Below, piece by piece: positions 33,149 to 42,625 of a stretch of 64,000 nucleotides of DNA. A program made the translations under genes and the position numbers. The stretch is from a phage: the sequence record PQ826431.1; one strand, given 5' to 3'. Positions within the stretch are counted from its first letter, which is position 1, and every line of letters starts with the position of its first letter. The notes under the pieces were generated by a model. The model worked only from the letters and a program-made list of their open reading frames with translations, did no database searches and was not told the DNA's origin.

Positions 33149-35224
33149 GTGGCAAAGAAAAAGGCAGCAGGTAGTTTAGCTGGAGTAGATATTGAAGTAA
33201 AGGCTCAACCAGGTAAACAGACTCTTGCAATGGATTTAATGCCAGAAGTTATGATTTATGGTGGTGCCGCTGGATGTGTTTCTGCTGAAACGGAATATCT
33301 TACAAAAGATGGTTGGAGGCAGATTAGTGAATATTCGGGAGAGGATATTTACCAATACAATCCTAAGAATAAGCGTTTAGAATTGGTAACACCTTATTTT
33401 GTAGAATACGATTTAAATGGAGATAACCTATACAGAATAACAAATGGTGTAGGATTATTCCAAGAACTTAGTATGGAACACCGTTTTGTATTCTATAAGA
33501 AAAAGAAATCAAAGAAACATTTCGAGATTCTTGTAGGAGATCTTATTGCATTACAGCAAATAGGAAAACCCCTGCAAGGTTATGTAGAAAATCCATTCGG
33601 TAAACGTGTTCCTTTTAACATACCTGGTAAAAAGAGCACTTACTTAAAAATACACGAGGTTATTTCAACAGATGATAAGAAATATTGTTTTGAGACTCCA
33701 AGCAGTTATATTGTCTTTAGACGTGGCGATCACTGCTTCGTTACTGGGAATAGCGGCAAGTCTCGTCTGCTATTGCTGAAAGCTTTAAAATACGCCTACA
33801 AAGACCCTTTGTTTGGTGGAATACTTTTCCGTAAGAACACCACTGCTCACCGTAAACCAGGTGGTCTGTTTACAGAAGCAAAACGTTTGTATCTTCCTTT
33901 ACAACCACACGTAAAAGAAAGTACAATGGATATCATTTTTGAAGCCACTGGTGGTGGAACCCTCAAATTTGACCATTTGGAAAATGATAACGTAACAGCA
34001 GAAACAAACCATCAGGGTACACAGTATTCAATGGTAGGTTTTGATGAGTTAACCCACTTCACACAATATGAAATGCTCTATCTTCTGGGACGTATGCGTT
34101 CAGAGTCAGAAACAAGTTTCATGTTGTGCACATGTAACCCTGACGCAGATAGTTGGGTTTTGAATTGGGTGTTACCTTATCTTGATGAGGGTGGTTATCC
34201 TAGAGAAGATATGTGTGGTAAACAAAAATATTTCATCATTGTTAACGATGAACCTGTTTTTGCTGACACACCTGAAGAACTGAAAGAAAAATATCCAGAA
34301 AACTGTTTCATGGAAAACCCTAATACAGGGGAGACAGTTGTTATTGAACCACAAACTTTCGTATTTATTGGTGGGACAATATTTGATAACCCAGAACTAA
34401 TTAGGCTTAACCCTAATTACTTAGCACAGCTTAAATCACAAACAGCTATCAAAAGAGCACAGCTTCTGGACGGTTGTTGGTTTGCACGTATCCAGAAAGA
34501 ATCTTTCTTTCAACGTGAATGGTTACATAAAATATCTTATAAAGATGTTCCTAACAATCTTAAACTAATGCGAGCATGGGATAAAGCTGTTTCAGTTCCT
34601 ACAGAAACTTACCGTTATCCAGACTATACAACATCTGTCAAAATGGGTAAAGACCAAGATGGTAATATCTACATCTTTGGCGACTATGATTATGATGCTG
34701 TGGATGAGAAAAGTAAAATTTTCGGAAGGTTTCGAAGACTACCTGGGGAAAGGGATAACCTGATTCTAAATCAATGTAAGATTGATGGACCAGAAGTTAC
34801 AGTAGTTCTTCCTAAAGACCCATCTGGTGCTGGGACAATAGAATATACAGAGTCTGCAAAGAAACTTATTCTAGAGGGTTTTGTTGTTAAACCAGATGCT
34901 ATGCCAGGCAACAAGAAAAAGCTTCAGCGTTTTATGCCTTTTAGTAGTGCGTGTCAAAACGGTTTTGTTTATATTGTTGAAGATTCTTTCCCTAATGTGG
35001 AAACTTTAACCCACTTTTATAAAGAATTGGAATCTTTCAATGGTGAAAGATCTACAGCCACTATTAAAGATGACATTCCCGATGCTGCTGCCTCTTGTTT
35101 TAATACTCTGTCAAAAGAGAATACTTTCAAAGCAGTAGCTATCCCTACAACAACAAATGCTCCTACAGGATACAGTAGAATGAACAGCGGATTTCACCAA
35201 CCGTATAGTGTCCGTAAAAGATAA
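33149..35224 (+). CDS. terL: terminase large subunit (TerL) interrupted by an in-frame mini-intein
   Basis: Walker A reconstituted across the insertion ('YGGAAG' + 'SGKS' = GGAAGSGKS), Walker B 'MVGFDELTHF'; 691 aa, 532 aa without insert; position before portal. Confidence 0.8.
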   Translation: MAKKKAAGSLAGVDIEVKAQPGKQTLAMDLMPEVMIYGGAAGCVSAETEYLTKDGWRQISEYSGEDIYQYNPKNKRLELVTPYFVEYDLNGDNLYRITNGVGLFQELSMEHRFVFYKKKKSKKHFEILVGDLIALQQIGKPLQGYVENPFGKRVPFNIPGKKSTYLKIHEVISTDDKKYCFETPSSYIVFRRGDHCFVTGNSGKSRLLLLKALKYAYKDPLFGGILFRKNTTAHRKPGGLFTEAKRLYLPLQPHVKESTMDIIFEATGGGTLKFDHLENDNVTAETNHQGTQYSMVGFDELTHFTQYEMLYLLGRMRSESETSFMLCTCNPDADSWVLNWVLPYLDEGGYPREDMCGKQKYFIIVNDEPVFADTPEELKEKYPENCFMENPNTGETVVIEPQTFVFIGGTIFDNPELIRLNPNYLAQLKSQTAIKRAQLLDGCWFARIQKESFFQREWLHKISYKDVPNNLKLMRAWDKAVSVPTETYRYPDYTTSVKMGKDQDGNIYIFGDYDYDAVDEKSKIFGRFRRLPGERDNLILNQCKIDGPEVTVVLPKDPSGAGTIEYTESAKKLILEGFVVKPDAMPGNKKKLQRFMPFSSACQNGFVYIVEDSFPNVETLTHFYKELESFNGERSTATIKDDIPDAAASCFNTLSKENTFKAVAIPTTTNAPTGYSRMNSGFHQPYSVRKR
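33275..33751 (+). other. mini-intein (Hint domain, about 159 aa, no endonuclease domain) inside terL P-loop
   Basis: Begins 'CVSAETEYLTKDGWRQISEY' (intein block A-like), ends '...YIVFRRGDHCFVTGN' followed by Ser; excision restores a canonical Walker A. Confidence 0.65.
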
Positions 35225-35227
35225 TTG

Positions 35228-35256
35228 TTGACAAAAGTCACTTTAAAGTGTATTAT
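35228..35256 (+). promoter_or_regulatory. sigma70-like promoter (TTGACA-N17-TATTAT)
   Basis: Read from sequence between terL and portal. Confidence 0.45.
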
Positions 35257-35325
35257 AACTAGATAGGTGAGGTTGTATATAATACAGCCTTGCCTTAACG
35301 ATTTTATACCTGACTGGAGGAACAA

Positions 35326-36891
35326 GTGTCAACAGGAAAAAGAACGTACACTAAAAAGTCAGAATACTGGGACAAAGGTGCTGCAAATAAAGCTGCTCTC
35401 TCTCCAACAAAAGAGGCAGAGAAAGAGAAAACGTTACTCCTGTCACCTGAAATAGGAACGATCGGATTAAACTCAATCAAAGCATTTACGAATTTCATGC
35501 AACCTTATGAGACTCGTTTCCCAGAATGTATTCGCACTTTTAAAGAGATGGGTGAAGACCCTGATGTAGCTACTGCTCTTGACGCTACATATATCTTTGT
35601 AGATAGAGCATTCTTTGATTTCAAGATAAAATACAATGTAAACTCGGCAAAGTCAAGAAAAGCTGCTAAGTTTATTGATTACATGTTGCGCAATATGCAA
35701 GCCCCTCTACGTCAATATGTTAGATCACTTTTGACATATAAGCAATATGGTTTTGCATTCGCAGAGAAAGTTTATGAGTTGGATGAAGATCCTAAAAGTC
35801 CTTACTTTGGGTATTGGCGATTAACCAAACTGGCTTTTAGACCACAAGACACTCTTCACATGGCTCAACCTTTTACATATTCGGCAGACGGACGTTCTAT
35901 TCTATCTGTTAACCAGAATATCACCAATACGATGTTAGCTCCAGGCAATACAACTTTAGAAACTGGTATTAAAGAAATTCCTTTCAGTAAAGTTTTATTT
36001 GTTGGTAGCAACATTACAGAGAATAACCCACTAGGAGTTAGTCCGCTTTTAGCTGTATATCGTAGCTGGCGTGAAAAATCTCTTATTCAGGAATTTGAGG
36101 TTATTGGGGTATCTAAAGATTTAGGTGGTATGCCAGTTCTTAAGGTTCCAAGTGACATTCTAAACAGGGCATCTTTAGATCCTGCTGGGGATGAAGCACA
36201 ATCTCTTCGAGTTCTCCAAGCCAACATCGCTAACCTGCACTCTGGTGAGCAAGCCTACATGGTATTGCCTTCAGACGTTTATGAAGGCACAGTGATGCGT
36301 CAATACGATCTTGTATTCCAAGGTGTTGATGGCACGGGTAAACAGTTTGACACTCAAGCACTAATCAAACAACGCAAGCTAGATATTTATAACCGCTTTG
36401 GTGCGGGTGTGTTGATTATGGGTGATGGTGATGCAGGAAGTTTTGCGCTTTCTGACAACAAACAAACACTATTGTCTCATTTTATTGAGCGAGATGTAGA
36501 TATTGTTGTAGAAGCTATAAACTCTCAACTGATCCCTCAAACACTACGACTAAACAATATCTTCCTTTCTGATGAAGATATGCCTAAGTTTGTCAGTGGT
36601 GAAATGGGTGATCCTGATATTGAAGTAAATGCTAAAGCTATTCAGCAGTTGGTAGCCTCTGGTGCAATACCTTTAACCCCAGAAGTTATTAACGAATTCC
36701 TTGAAAAAATTGGTTTTGAATATCGCATCCCTGACGATATTGTTGCCAATAAAGAGAAATTCTTTGAATTCATGGATAACTATATGCCTGACAAAACTTC
36801 ACGATCAGGAGATGGTTTAGCTACAGCGGGAACTGGAACGTCTGATACTGTTTATGCTCTAGATCCTTCAGCACAAAACCTGTCGAATTAA
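35326..36891 (+). CDS. portal protein (putative)
   Basis: 521 aa ORF immediately downstream of terL; GTG start with GGAGG RBS; assignment by size and synteny. Confidence 0.6.
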   Translation: MSTGKRTYTKKSEYWDKGAANKAALSPTKEAEKEKTLLLSPEIGTIGLNSIKAFTNFMQPYETRFPECIRTFKEMGEDPDVATALDATYIFVDRAFFDFKIKYNVNSAKSRKAAKFIDYMLRNMQAPLRQYVRSLLTYKQYGFAFAEKVYELDEDPKSPYFGYWRLTKLAFRPQDTLHMAQPFTYSADGRSILSVNQNITNTMLAPGNTTLETGIKEIPFSKVLFVGSNITENNPLGVSPLLAVYRSWREKSLIQEFEVIGVSKDLGGMPVLKVPSDILNRASLDPAGDEAQSLRVLQANIANLHSGEQAYMVLPSDVYEGTVMRQYDLVFQGVDGTGKQFDTQALIKQRKLDIYNRFGAGVLIMGDGDAGSFALSDNKQTLLSHFIERDVDIVVEAINSQLIPQTLRLNNIFLSDEDMPKFVSGEMGDPDIEVNAKAIQQLVASGAIPLTPEVINEFLEKIGFEYRIPDDIVANKEKFFEFMDNYMPDKTSRSGDGLATAGTGTSDTVYALDPSAQNLSN

Positions 36892-36919
36892 AAATATTTA
36901 ATATTTTTTAATTTTTCTA

Positions 36920-36948
36920 TTGACAAAACAACAAATATCCTGTAGACT
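36920..36948 (+). promoter_or_regulatory. sigma70-like promoter (TTGACA-N17-TAGACT)
   Basis: Within 'CTATTGACAAAA' box upstream of head genes. Confidence 0.4.
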
Positions 36949-36984
36949 AAGATTTATGGGATATCTGTTTTTAAGAGGTTTCAA

Positions 36985-37464
36985 ATGGAACTCAATAAAG
37001 ATACACTGTGGGAACTCTTCAAAACCTTCGCTGGTTTTAAAGAGAATTCTGAATCCCAACAAGATTCTATACCATCTCAAAAACCTGAAACTCTAGTCAA
37101 ACAAAATAAATTTGATGAAGAAAAGATGCAGGTTATTGAGGTCTTGTATTGTCCACCTGAAGAAGACGATCTCCACGGAGAGCGCATGTCTGATTTGGAA
37201 ATCAGGAAGATGGTTGACAACTTCAATGAGAATATTACCAATATTAGTGGTAATCTTGGTCACATGAAGAACACCGATAAGTTTGCTCCAATTAAAGCTT
37301 GGGTAAATGAAGTCGATTGTTACATTGGTGACGAACTCGTTGTGGAAGGAACTCCCCTCGTTAAAATCCAATTCAACGACCCTGAATTATATCAAGCTCG
37401 TAAAGACGGCGTTCTTAAAGGTTTGAGTATAGGCGCAATGGGCGTTAAAGTCAAGAAGGACTAA
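36985..37464 (+). CDS. head morphogenesis protein (possible prohead core/protease component)
   Basis: 159 aa between portal and scaffold; function by position only. Confidence 0.35.
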   Translation: MELNKDTLWELFKTFAGFKENSESQQDSIPSQKPETLVKQNKFDEEKMQVIEVLYCPPEEDDLHGERMSDLEIRKMVDNFNENITNISGNLGHMKNTDKFAPIKAWVNEVDCYIGDELVVEGTPLVKIQFNDPELYQARKDGVLKGLSIGAMGVKVKKD

Positions 37465-37466
37465 TC

Positions 37467-38582
37467 GTGGCAAATACATATTTAACTAACGTAGACTTTT
37501 CAGGAAAAGCTACGGAAGAGTCACTAGGTGCTCATATTGCTTACACTTTTGATTTTCAAGGTGGAGCGGCATCTGGTTATAATACCCCCCTTTTATTTAA
37601 GTCAGACGGATCTCCAGACATAACTTTTGAAAAGTTAGAAGCTCTCACTAAAATGGGAGAAGATGTTACAGAGTTACGTAAAAGCTATATTCAACAAGTA
37701 ATGGATCGCATTTCTGAAAAAGTGCGTGAAAAATTTGAAGCTGGTTGGGATTGGGTTTACGTTATTGATGCTGACTTCGATGCGAACGTTGCAATTTTCT
37801 GTTCAGATAACGGTATGTTCTCTGTTGGCTTTAAAGTTGACGGACTGAATGTTGAAGTTGAAGAGGTTGCTAAACCTGTTGTTCGTGTTACTGATTATCA
37901 AGTTGTTGATGGTGATGTAATGATCTCCATTGATTTCTTTGAGGACGTTTTAGACGATGCTTTGAGTAATCTCGTTAAGAGTTCCTTGAAACAAAGTCAA
38001 GTTAAAGATTATTTAGTGAAAGCTCACGCTAAAGCTAATACAAACTCTGTGGATGCAGAGGCTAACCCCGCAGGTGATAAATCTGCAAACACAACTGGAA
38101 TCAATAAAGGAGAAACCCCTTTGGAAAATATCAACAAAGAAGAATTCCTGAAATCTGCTGAATTCCAAGAACTGATGAAAGCACAGATCGCTGAAGCTGT
38201 AGAAAAAGCAGCAGCAGATGCACGTGCAGCCGCAGAACTTGAAGCACAGGAAAAAATCGCTAAGGCAGAACAGGAAGCAGAAGAACTTCGTAAAGCTGAA
38301 CAAGCTCGTATCGAAGAAGAATATACAACTGTTGTTAAATCCTATTCTTTCGTAGAAGAAGACAAAGTTGAAGCTCTCGTTAAATATCTGGTAGACAATA
38401 AAGATATCGCTGAAACTATCGTCAAAGCATTCGAAAAAGCACGTGCAGAAGTGGACGCAGTTAAGAAAGAATTTGGAACAGAACGTGGTGTTGACGTGAT
38501 CAATACTCAACCTGTAGCTAAATCTTCTTCTGAACTGATTAGTCAGAAAGCTGCTGAACTTAAAAAAGCCCAGAAACAATAA
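37467..38582 (+). CDS. scaffolding protein (putative)
   Basis: 371 aa, acidic, long Ala/Glu/Lys-rich coiled-coil C-terminal region ('AAELEAQEKIAKAEQEAEELRKAEQARIEEE'); position between portal and capsid. Confidence 0.55.
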   Translation: MANTYLTNVDFSGKATEESLGAHIAYTFDFQGGAASGYNTPLLFKSDGSPDITFEKLEALTKMGEDVTELRKSYIQQVMDRISEKVREKFEAGWDWVYVIDADFDANVAIFCSDNGMFSVGFKVDGLNVEVEEVAKPVVRVTDYQVVDGDVMISIDFFEDVLDDALSNLVKSSLKQSQVKDYLVKAHAKANTNSVDAEANPAGDKSANTTGINKGETPLENINKEEFLKSAEFQELMKAQIAEAVEKAAADARAAAELEAQEKIAKAEQEAEELRKAEQARIEEEYTTVVKSYSFVEEDKVEALVKYLVDNKDIAETIVKAFEKARAEVDAVKKEFGTERGVDVINTQPVAKSSSELISQKAAELKKAQKQ

Positions 38583-38601
38583 TCTTAGGAGATTAAATTA
38601 A

Positions 38602-39000
38602 ATGGCTAAAGGAATTACTTTATCTAACTCTCGCCAGGAATTCGGACACCTGGTTCTGGGTGGAGTGTTTAGCTCTGACCTTGGACACTGTGTACGTGAA
38701 GTTAACCTGGTTAAAACAGCAACCATGAAAATTGGTTCTATCCTGAAAGCTGACAACACTGAAGCTGCTAAAGCTGAAGCTGCCGATGCTGCTAAAGTTC
38801 TGATTTGGACTGATGCTCTGTTCGGTATTGACGATGTAGCAGTAGGTGACACTTTCACCGCAGTTGTTGGCGTACGTGATCTTACTCTGAACCGCTTTGC
38901 AGTATACTACAAAGATGGCTCCCTTGTAGATGAAGCTGGCGTAGCAGCACTGGAAACACATGATCTGAAACTGACCGAAAAAGTCGTTTTCACTTCTTAA
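38602..39000 (+). CDS. head decoration protein (putative)
   Basis: 132 aa immediately upstream of the major capsid gene (lambda D-E-like arrangement); host-optimised codon usage. Confidence 0.45.
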   Translation: MAKGITLSNSRQEFGHLVLGGVFSSDLGHCVREVNLVKTATMKIGSILKADNTEAAKAEAADAAKVLIWTDALFGIDDVAVGDTFTAVVGVRDLTLNRFAVYYKDGSLVDEAGVAALETHDLKLTEKVVFTS

Positions 39001-39021
39001 TTTTAATAGGAGATTAATATA

Positions 39022-40023
39022 ATGCCAGCAGTAATTTTAGATCAGGTTGTAGATTTCAGCCCTATGATCGAACTTCAGGATTCCCCTGATACACTGATTG
39101 CCAGCCTGAATCTGTTCAGTGTTGACTATCATTCAACTACCGCTATTGAAATCGGTAAAGAAAAAGCTGAAGATGCTCTGATCTCCGCTCGTGAGCGTGG
39201 TGGTGAGCGTAACTTCCTGAGCATGAAAAATCCAGAACTGAAAGCGTTCCGCATTCCGTTCTTCCCTCTGGATAAAAACATCAAAGCTCAAGATATTCAA
39301 TCTTTCCGTAGCTTTGCAATGGCAGGAATCAATGACTCTCTGCGCACAGACGCTGAAGTTGTTAACCGCTATATGTCCCAGATTCTGCGTGACGTAGCAA
39401 AAACCAAAGAGAAAATCTTTGCAGAAGCAGTTATGGGTCGTGCCTATAACGGCGTAGGTGGTGCAGCTAACTCTGCATACAACTGGTATACCGAATGGGG
39501 TGCTACCCAGAAATCTGTTGCTGTAGACTTTGCTTCTACCACTGTTTCTCCAGCAGCCACTATCGAGAAAGAAGCTCGTGCTTACATCATCGATACTAAA
39601 CAAGATGGCTCTACCGCTACTCGTATCGTAGCTCTGTGTTCTCGTGAATTTTTCGCATCTCTGGTTAACTCTCCATTTGTTCGCCAGGCATATCAGTATT
39701 TCCAGGGAACTCCTAACCTTCTGCGTGATCGCCTTAGCGGTAACATGGATGTTCAGGTGTTTGAATGGAACGGTGTAACTTACATTGAAGATATCCACGG
39801 TAACATCCCTGCTGGTGAAGCATATGTTCTGCCTATGGGTATCGAAGGTATGTTCCAGGCGCACTACGCTCCTGCGGATACTCCAGAACTGGCTAACACC
39901 CAGGCTCGTGAACTGTATACCTTCATGATCAGCCAGCACCGCACTATTCAGCTTCAGTCTGAATTCTCGCTGCTCGCAGTTAACACCCGTCCAGAACTGG
40001 TAGTTAAACTGACTACGGCTTAA
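39022..40023 (+). CDS. major capsid protein, lambda gpE-like family
   Basis: 333 aa; C-terminal 'VLPMGIEGMFQAHYAPADTPELANTQARELYTFMISQ' parallels lambda gpE 'NTMVLGNTQARGLRTYGCIQ'; followed by terminator. Confidence 0.75.
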   Translation: MPAVILDQVVDFSPMIELQDSPDTLIASLNLFSVDYHSTTAIEIGKEKAEDALISARERGGERNFLSMKNPELKAFRIPFFPLDKNIKAQDIQSFRSFAMAGINDSLRTDAEVVNRYMSQILRDVAKTKEKIFAEAVMGRAYNGVGGAANSAYNWYTEWGATQKSVAVDFASTTVSPAATIEKEARAYIIDTKQDGSTATRIVALCSREFFASLVNSPFVRQAYQYFQGTPNLLRDRLSGNMDVQVFEWNGVTYIEDIHGNIPAGEAYVLPMGIEGMFQAHYAPADTPELANTQARELYTFMISQHRTIQLQSEFSLLAVNTRPELVVKLTTA

Positions 40024-40044
40024 TAGAACTCTGTTAAGATTAGA

Positions 40045-40080
40045 GGCTCGTCCGTGATGGGCGAGCCTTTTCTGTTTACA
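40045..40080 (+). terminator. rho-independent terminator after capsid gene
   Basis: GGCTCG...CGAGCC hairpin followed by TTTTCTGTTT. Confidence 0.6.
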
Positions 40081-40107
40081 ATAAGAGTTTACAACGAGGA
40101 GATTGAT

Positions 40108-40452
40108 ATGTCAAACCCAGAATTGAAACGTTACTTTAGTTATCACGAAATGATTCGTGATTTCGAATCGCTTTCACCACTGATCGATGCTGATAAAACA
40201 TTAGTATCTGCGCCACCAATGTCTTTCTATCTGAAAGATGGTCGTATTGCATTAGGTGGAAACTTCATTCACTTCCTCACGCGTTTGAGAGAAGAAACAG
40301 GTATTCTTGTGCATCCTTTTGCAAGTGAAGAACACATGGGTTACTATCTTGTAAGTTACGAAGACTATGCGCCTGTAAAAATCAAAGAAGAAGTTTTAAA
40401 AGTAGAAGCGGTAGACACTCCAGCTAAAAAACGTTCCCTTCGTAAAAAATAA
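40108..40452 (+). CDS. hypothetical head-tail protein (about 114 aa)
   Basis: Start placed at ATG 40108 (MSNPELK) after GAGGAG RBS; track start 40054 overlaps the terminator. Confidence 0.45.
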   Translation: MSNPELKRYFSYHEMIRDFESLSPLIDADKTLVSAPPMSFYLKDGRIALGGNFIHFLTRLREETGILVHPFASEEHMGYYLVSYEDYAPVKIKEEVLKVEAVDTPAKKRSLRKK

Positions 40453-40461
40453 GGTGGGCTT

Positions 40462-41010
40462 ATGCTGAATGCGGTAGAGTTGGCACCACTGATCCGAATT
40501 CTTGTTTATAACCCTTCTCAAGAAGTATTGCCAGATGCAATGCTGATTCAGATCATCCAAACTTGGATTGATATTATAGGGAATGAAGATAAGGATAAGT
40601 GTGCAGTATTGTGGAACAGCTTGATTTCTGTTTTAGAGTATTTATGGAACAACGATGTTCTTAACAACAGTACTCAAACAGGAGGAGCTATGTCCCGCAG
40701 AGAAAAGATGGGTGAAGTCGAAGTTGAAGTTAAATTTAACAACGGTCAAGTCACTTATAAGTCTCCGTGGGAAGATATCTATCATAACTATTTAAATGGT
40801 CTTATGGTCATTCCTGGGTGCACGGCAGGACGAGGAGCAACCAGTAAAGTTCTTATTGGCGGTGTGGATGCTCGTGAGATTGATCGAGTAAACAGCGATC
40901 CTAACTCTGTGAATGGTCTTGGTAATGTTGCAAGTGTTGATCGTAATACCCGCAACGTTAATTATTTGCGAAATTACGGACCTGTTTCTTTTTATCGTAG
41001 GGACAAATAA
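40462..41010 (+). CDS. head-tail connector/adaptor protein (putative)
   Basis: 182 aa, position after capsid gene. Confidence 0.4.
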   Translation: MLNAVELAPLIRILVYNPSQEVLPDAMLIQIIQTWIDIIGNEDKDKCAVLWNSLISVLEYLWNNDVLNNSTQTGGAMSRREKMGEVEVEVKFNNGQVTYKSPWEDIYHNYLNGLMVIPGCTAGRGATSKVLIGGVDAREIDRVNSDPNSVNGLGNVASVDRNTRNVNYLRNYGPVSFYRRDK

Positions 41011-41498
41011 TGGAAAGTGAGATCTTACCAGGTGACGATACAGATTGGGAAACCATTATCAAAAAGATGATGGATCTTGAACAAGTTCAAATCGAAGCTG
41101 GTTTTTTAACAAACAAAAGGCATCCTGAATCAGATCTCACTATTCCTGCAATAGCAGCTATTCAACAATATGGTAATGAAACAAACAACATACCTGCTCG
41201 CCCTTTTATAACAGATGGTGCTGTTATCTCACAGAACAATATAGCTAAAAAGATGAAGCAGGTTTTTGCAAATTACCTAATGAACAATGTTGGGTTGGCT
41301 GTTTTTGAGCCTATAGCGAGAGCCTCTAGAGAAGGAATAGCTCAAGCGATTGCAATGCAACGTTATCGTCCTTTATCTCCTGTGACAATTAAGATACGAC
41401 AAGATAAAGGCAACTATTCTAATCATATCTTAATAGATACGGCATATATGATAAATGCAATCGAAACAAAAATCACAAAAAGCAAGTCTAAAAAATAA
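41010..41498 (+). CDS. head-tail joining protein (putative)
   Basis: 162 aa, start overlaps previous stop (ATAATGG). Confidence 0.4.
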   Translation: MESEILPGDDTDWETIIKKMMDLEQVQIEAGFLTNKRHPESDLTIPAIAAIQQYGNETNNIPARPFITDGAVISQNNIAKKMKQVFANYLMNNVGLAVFEPIARASREGIAQAIAMQRYRPLSPVTIKIRQDKGNYSNHILIDTAYMINAIETKITKSKSKK

Positions 41499-41499
41499 C

Positions 41500-41528
41500 T
41501 TGCATAAACTTTGTTTTTGATGTATACT
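41500..41528 (+). promoter_or_regulatory. sigma70-like promoter (TTGCAT-N17-TATACT)
   Basis: Read from sequence; overlaps the track-annotated start of the next ORF. Confidence 0.4.
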
Positions 41529-41960
41529 AAAAAGGAGATACAAGTGTTACTAGATCAATTTACTCTCCTTGATCTAACTGAATACCAAGGCCGTAGACGA
41601 GTCTACAAAGAGGCAGTTGGTTCAGTTATTGCTAACTTAGAAAGTAGTGTAGAATATGAACCATTTACTATTGAAGCGGCAAGCTTACAACCGATATCTG
41701 GTAAAACACTGAATGCACTACCTGAAGGTTACAGATCTAAGGCTCAATATAGTTTCTGGACTAAAACAGAAATGAAGGGGTTACAACAAGGAACAGAACA
41801 GTTATCAGATCAGATATTGATAGATGGTAAATGGTATTCTGTTTATTCCCTTAAAGATTGGACCAGAACATCTTTCTTAGTCCATCATCACTGTGTTGCG
41901 ATATTAGACGATCAAAACAACTCCTGGTCTTATGGAACAGAAGGAGGAAACTTTGGCTAA
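41511..41960 (+). CDS. tail completion/neck protein (putative); true start probably GTG near 41544
   Basis: AAGGAG RBS precedes the GTG at about 41544; the track start lies inside the promoter-like sequence. Confidence 0.4.
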   Translation: MFLMYTKKEIQVLLDQFTLLDLTEYQGRRRVYKEAVGSVIANLESSVEYEPFTIEAASLQPISGKTLNALPEGYRSKAQYSFWTKTEMKGLQQGTEQLSDQILIDGKWYSVYSLKDWTRTSFLVHHHCVAILDDQNNSWSYGTEGGNFG

Positions 41961-42591
41961 TATTTACCAACAAATAGAAGCATACGAAAATGCCATCTAC
42001 TTAAATATAGGTGGCTTCCTTCAAGAATTAGTGGGGTTGCCAGTCTATGTTATGGATAAGCCATTCATTAAACCGGATACTCCTTACCTAGCACTACGTA
42101 TTATCACTTCCAGCGATTCTGGAGGTTGGTCTTACCGAAGCTCTATTCAAAATGATATGTATTCCTACGAGATGGATAATACCTACGAGATTGAACTTGT
42201 AGCCTATCGTGGAAGACCTACCACTTTGATGAGCTATGTTCTGGCTGCTCTCCGTGGTGCAGAGGAATTAAAATACAAACATCTCTATTCTAAAGGTCTT
42301 GGTTTTTTAGGAGCCTCTAATATAGCTCAAGCCAATACAATTGTAGACGGAGATAAGACTGAATTAAGAGCGCGTATGGTTATGACGTTCAACACTCGTA
42401 TGAGTATTGAAGATATTGCTACTACACCAATAGAAGCAATCAACATGCACATCCGTTCATTCAGAGATAGTTACAATGATCCTATCCCTTTAGATTTAAT
42501 TCTAAACAGGGTTTATGCAATTACTTTGGTTCCAGGCGAATACTCGTCAGTTAATCAAAATGGATCATTATTTAACAACCCTACCGAATAA
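41932..42591 (+). CDS. tail/neck protein (putative)
   Basis: 219 aa; start uncertain (GAAGGAGG then TTG about 41953). Confidence 0.4.
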   Translation: MEQKEETLANIYQQIEAYENAIYLNIGGFLQELVGLPVYVMDKPFIKPDTPYLALRIITSSDSGGWSYRSSIQNDMYSYEMDNTYEIELVAYRGRPTTLMSYVLAALRGAEELKYKHLYSKGLGFLGASNIAQANTIVDGDKTELRARMVMTFNTRMSIEDIATTPIEAINMHIRSFRDSYNDPIPLDLILNRVYAITLVPGEYSSVNQNGSLFNNPTE

Positions 42592-42625
42592 ACTCATTGG
42601 AATTAAGTTTCTAACAGGAGCATAA

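Noticed and set aside
39133-39939. 268-aa ORF on the minus strand inside the major capsid gene, and similar antisense ORFs (38013..38579, 38620..38961, 13467..13997, 14790..15347, 16917..17312, 19629..20110, 24719..24995)
   Set aside because: They are fully nested antisense to strongly supported genes, encode low-complexity Cys/Phe/Ser-rich peptides typical of reverse-frame artifacts, and lack RBS-like context.
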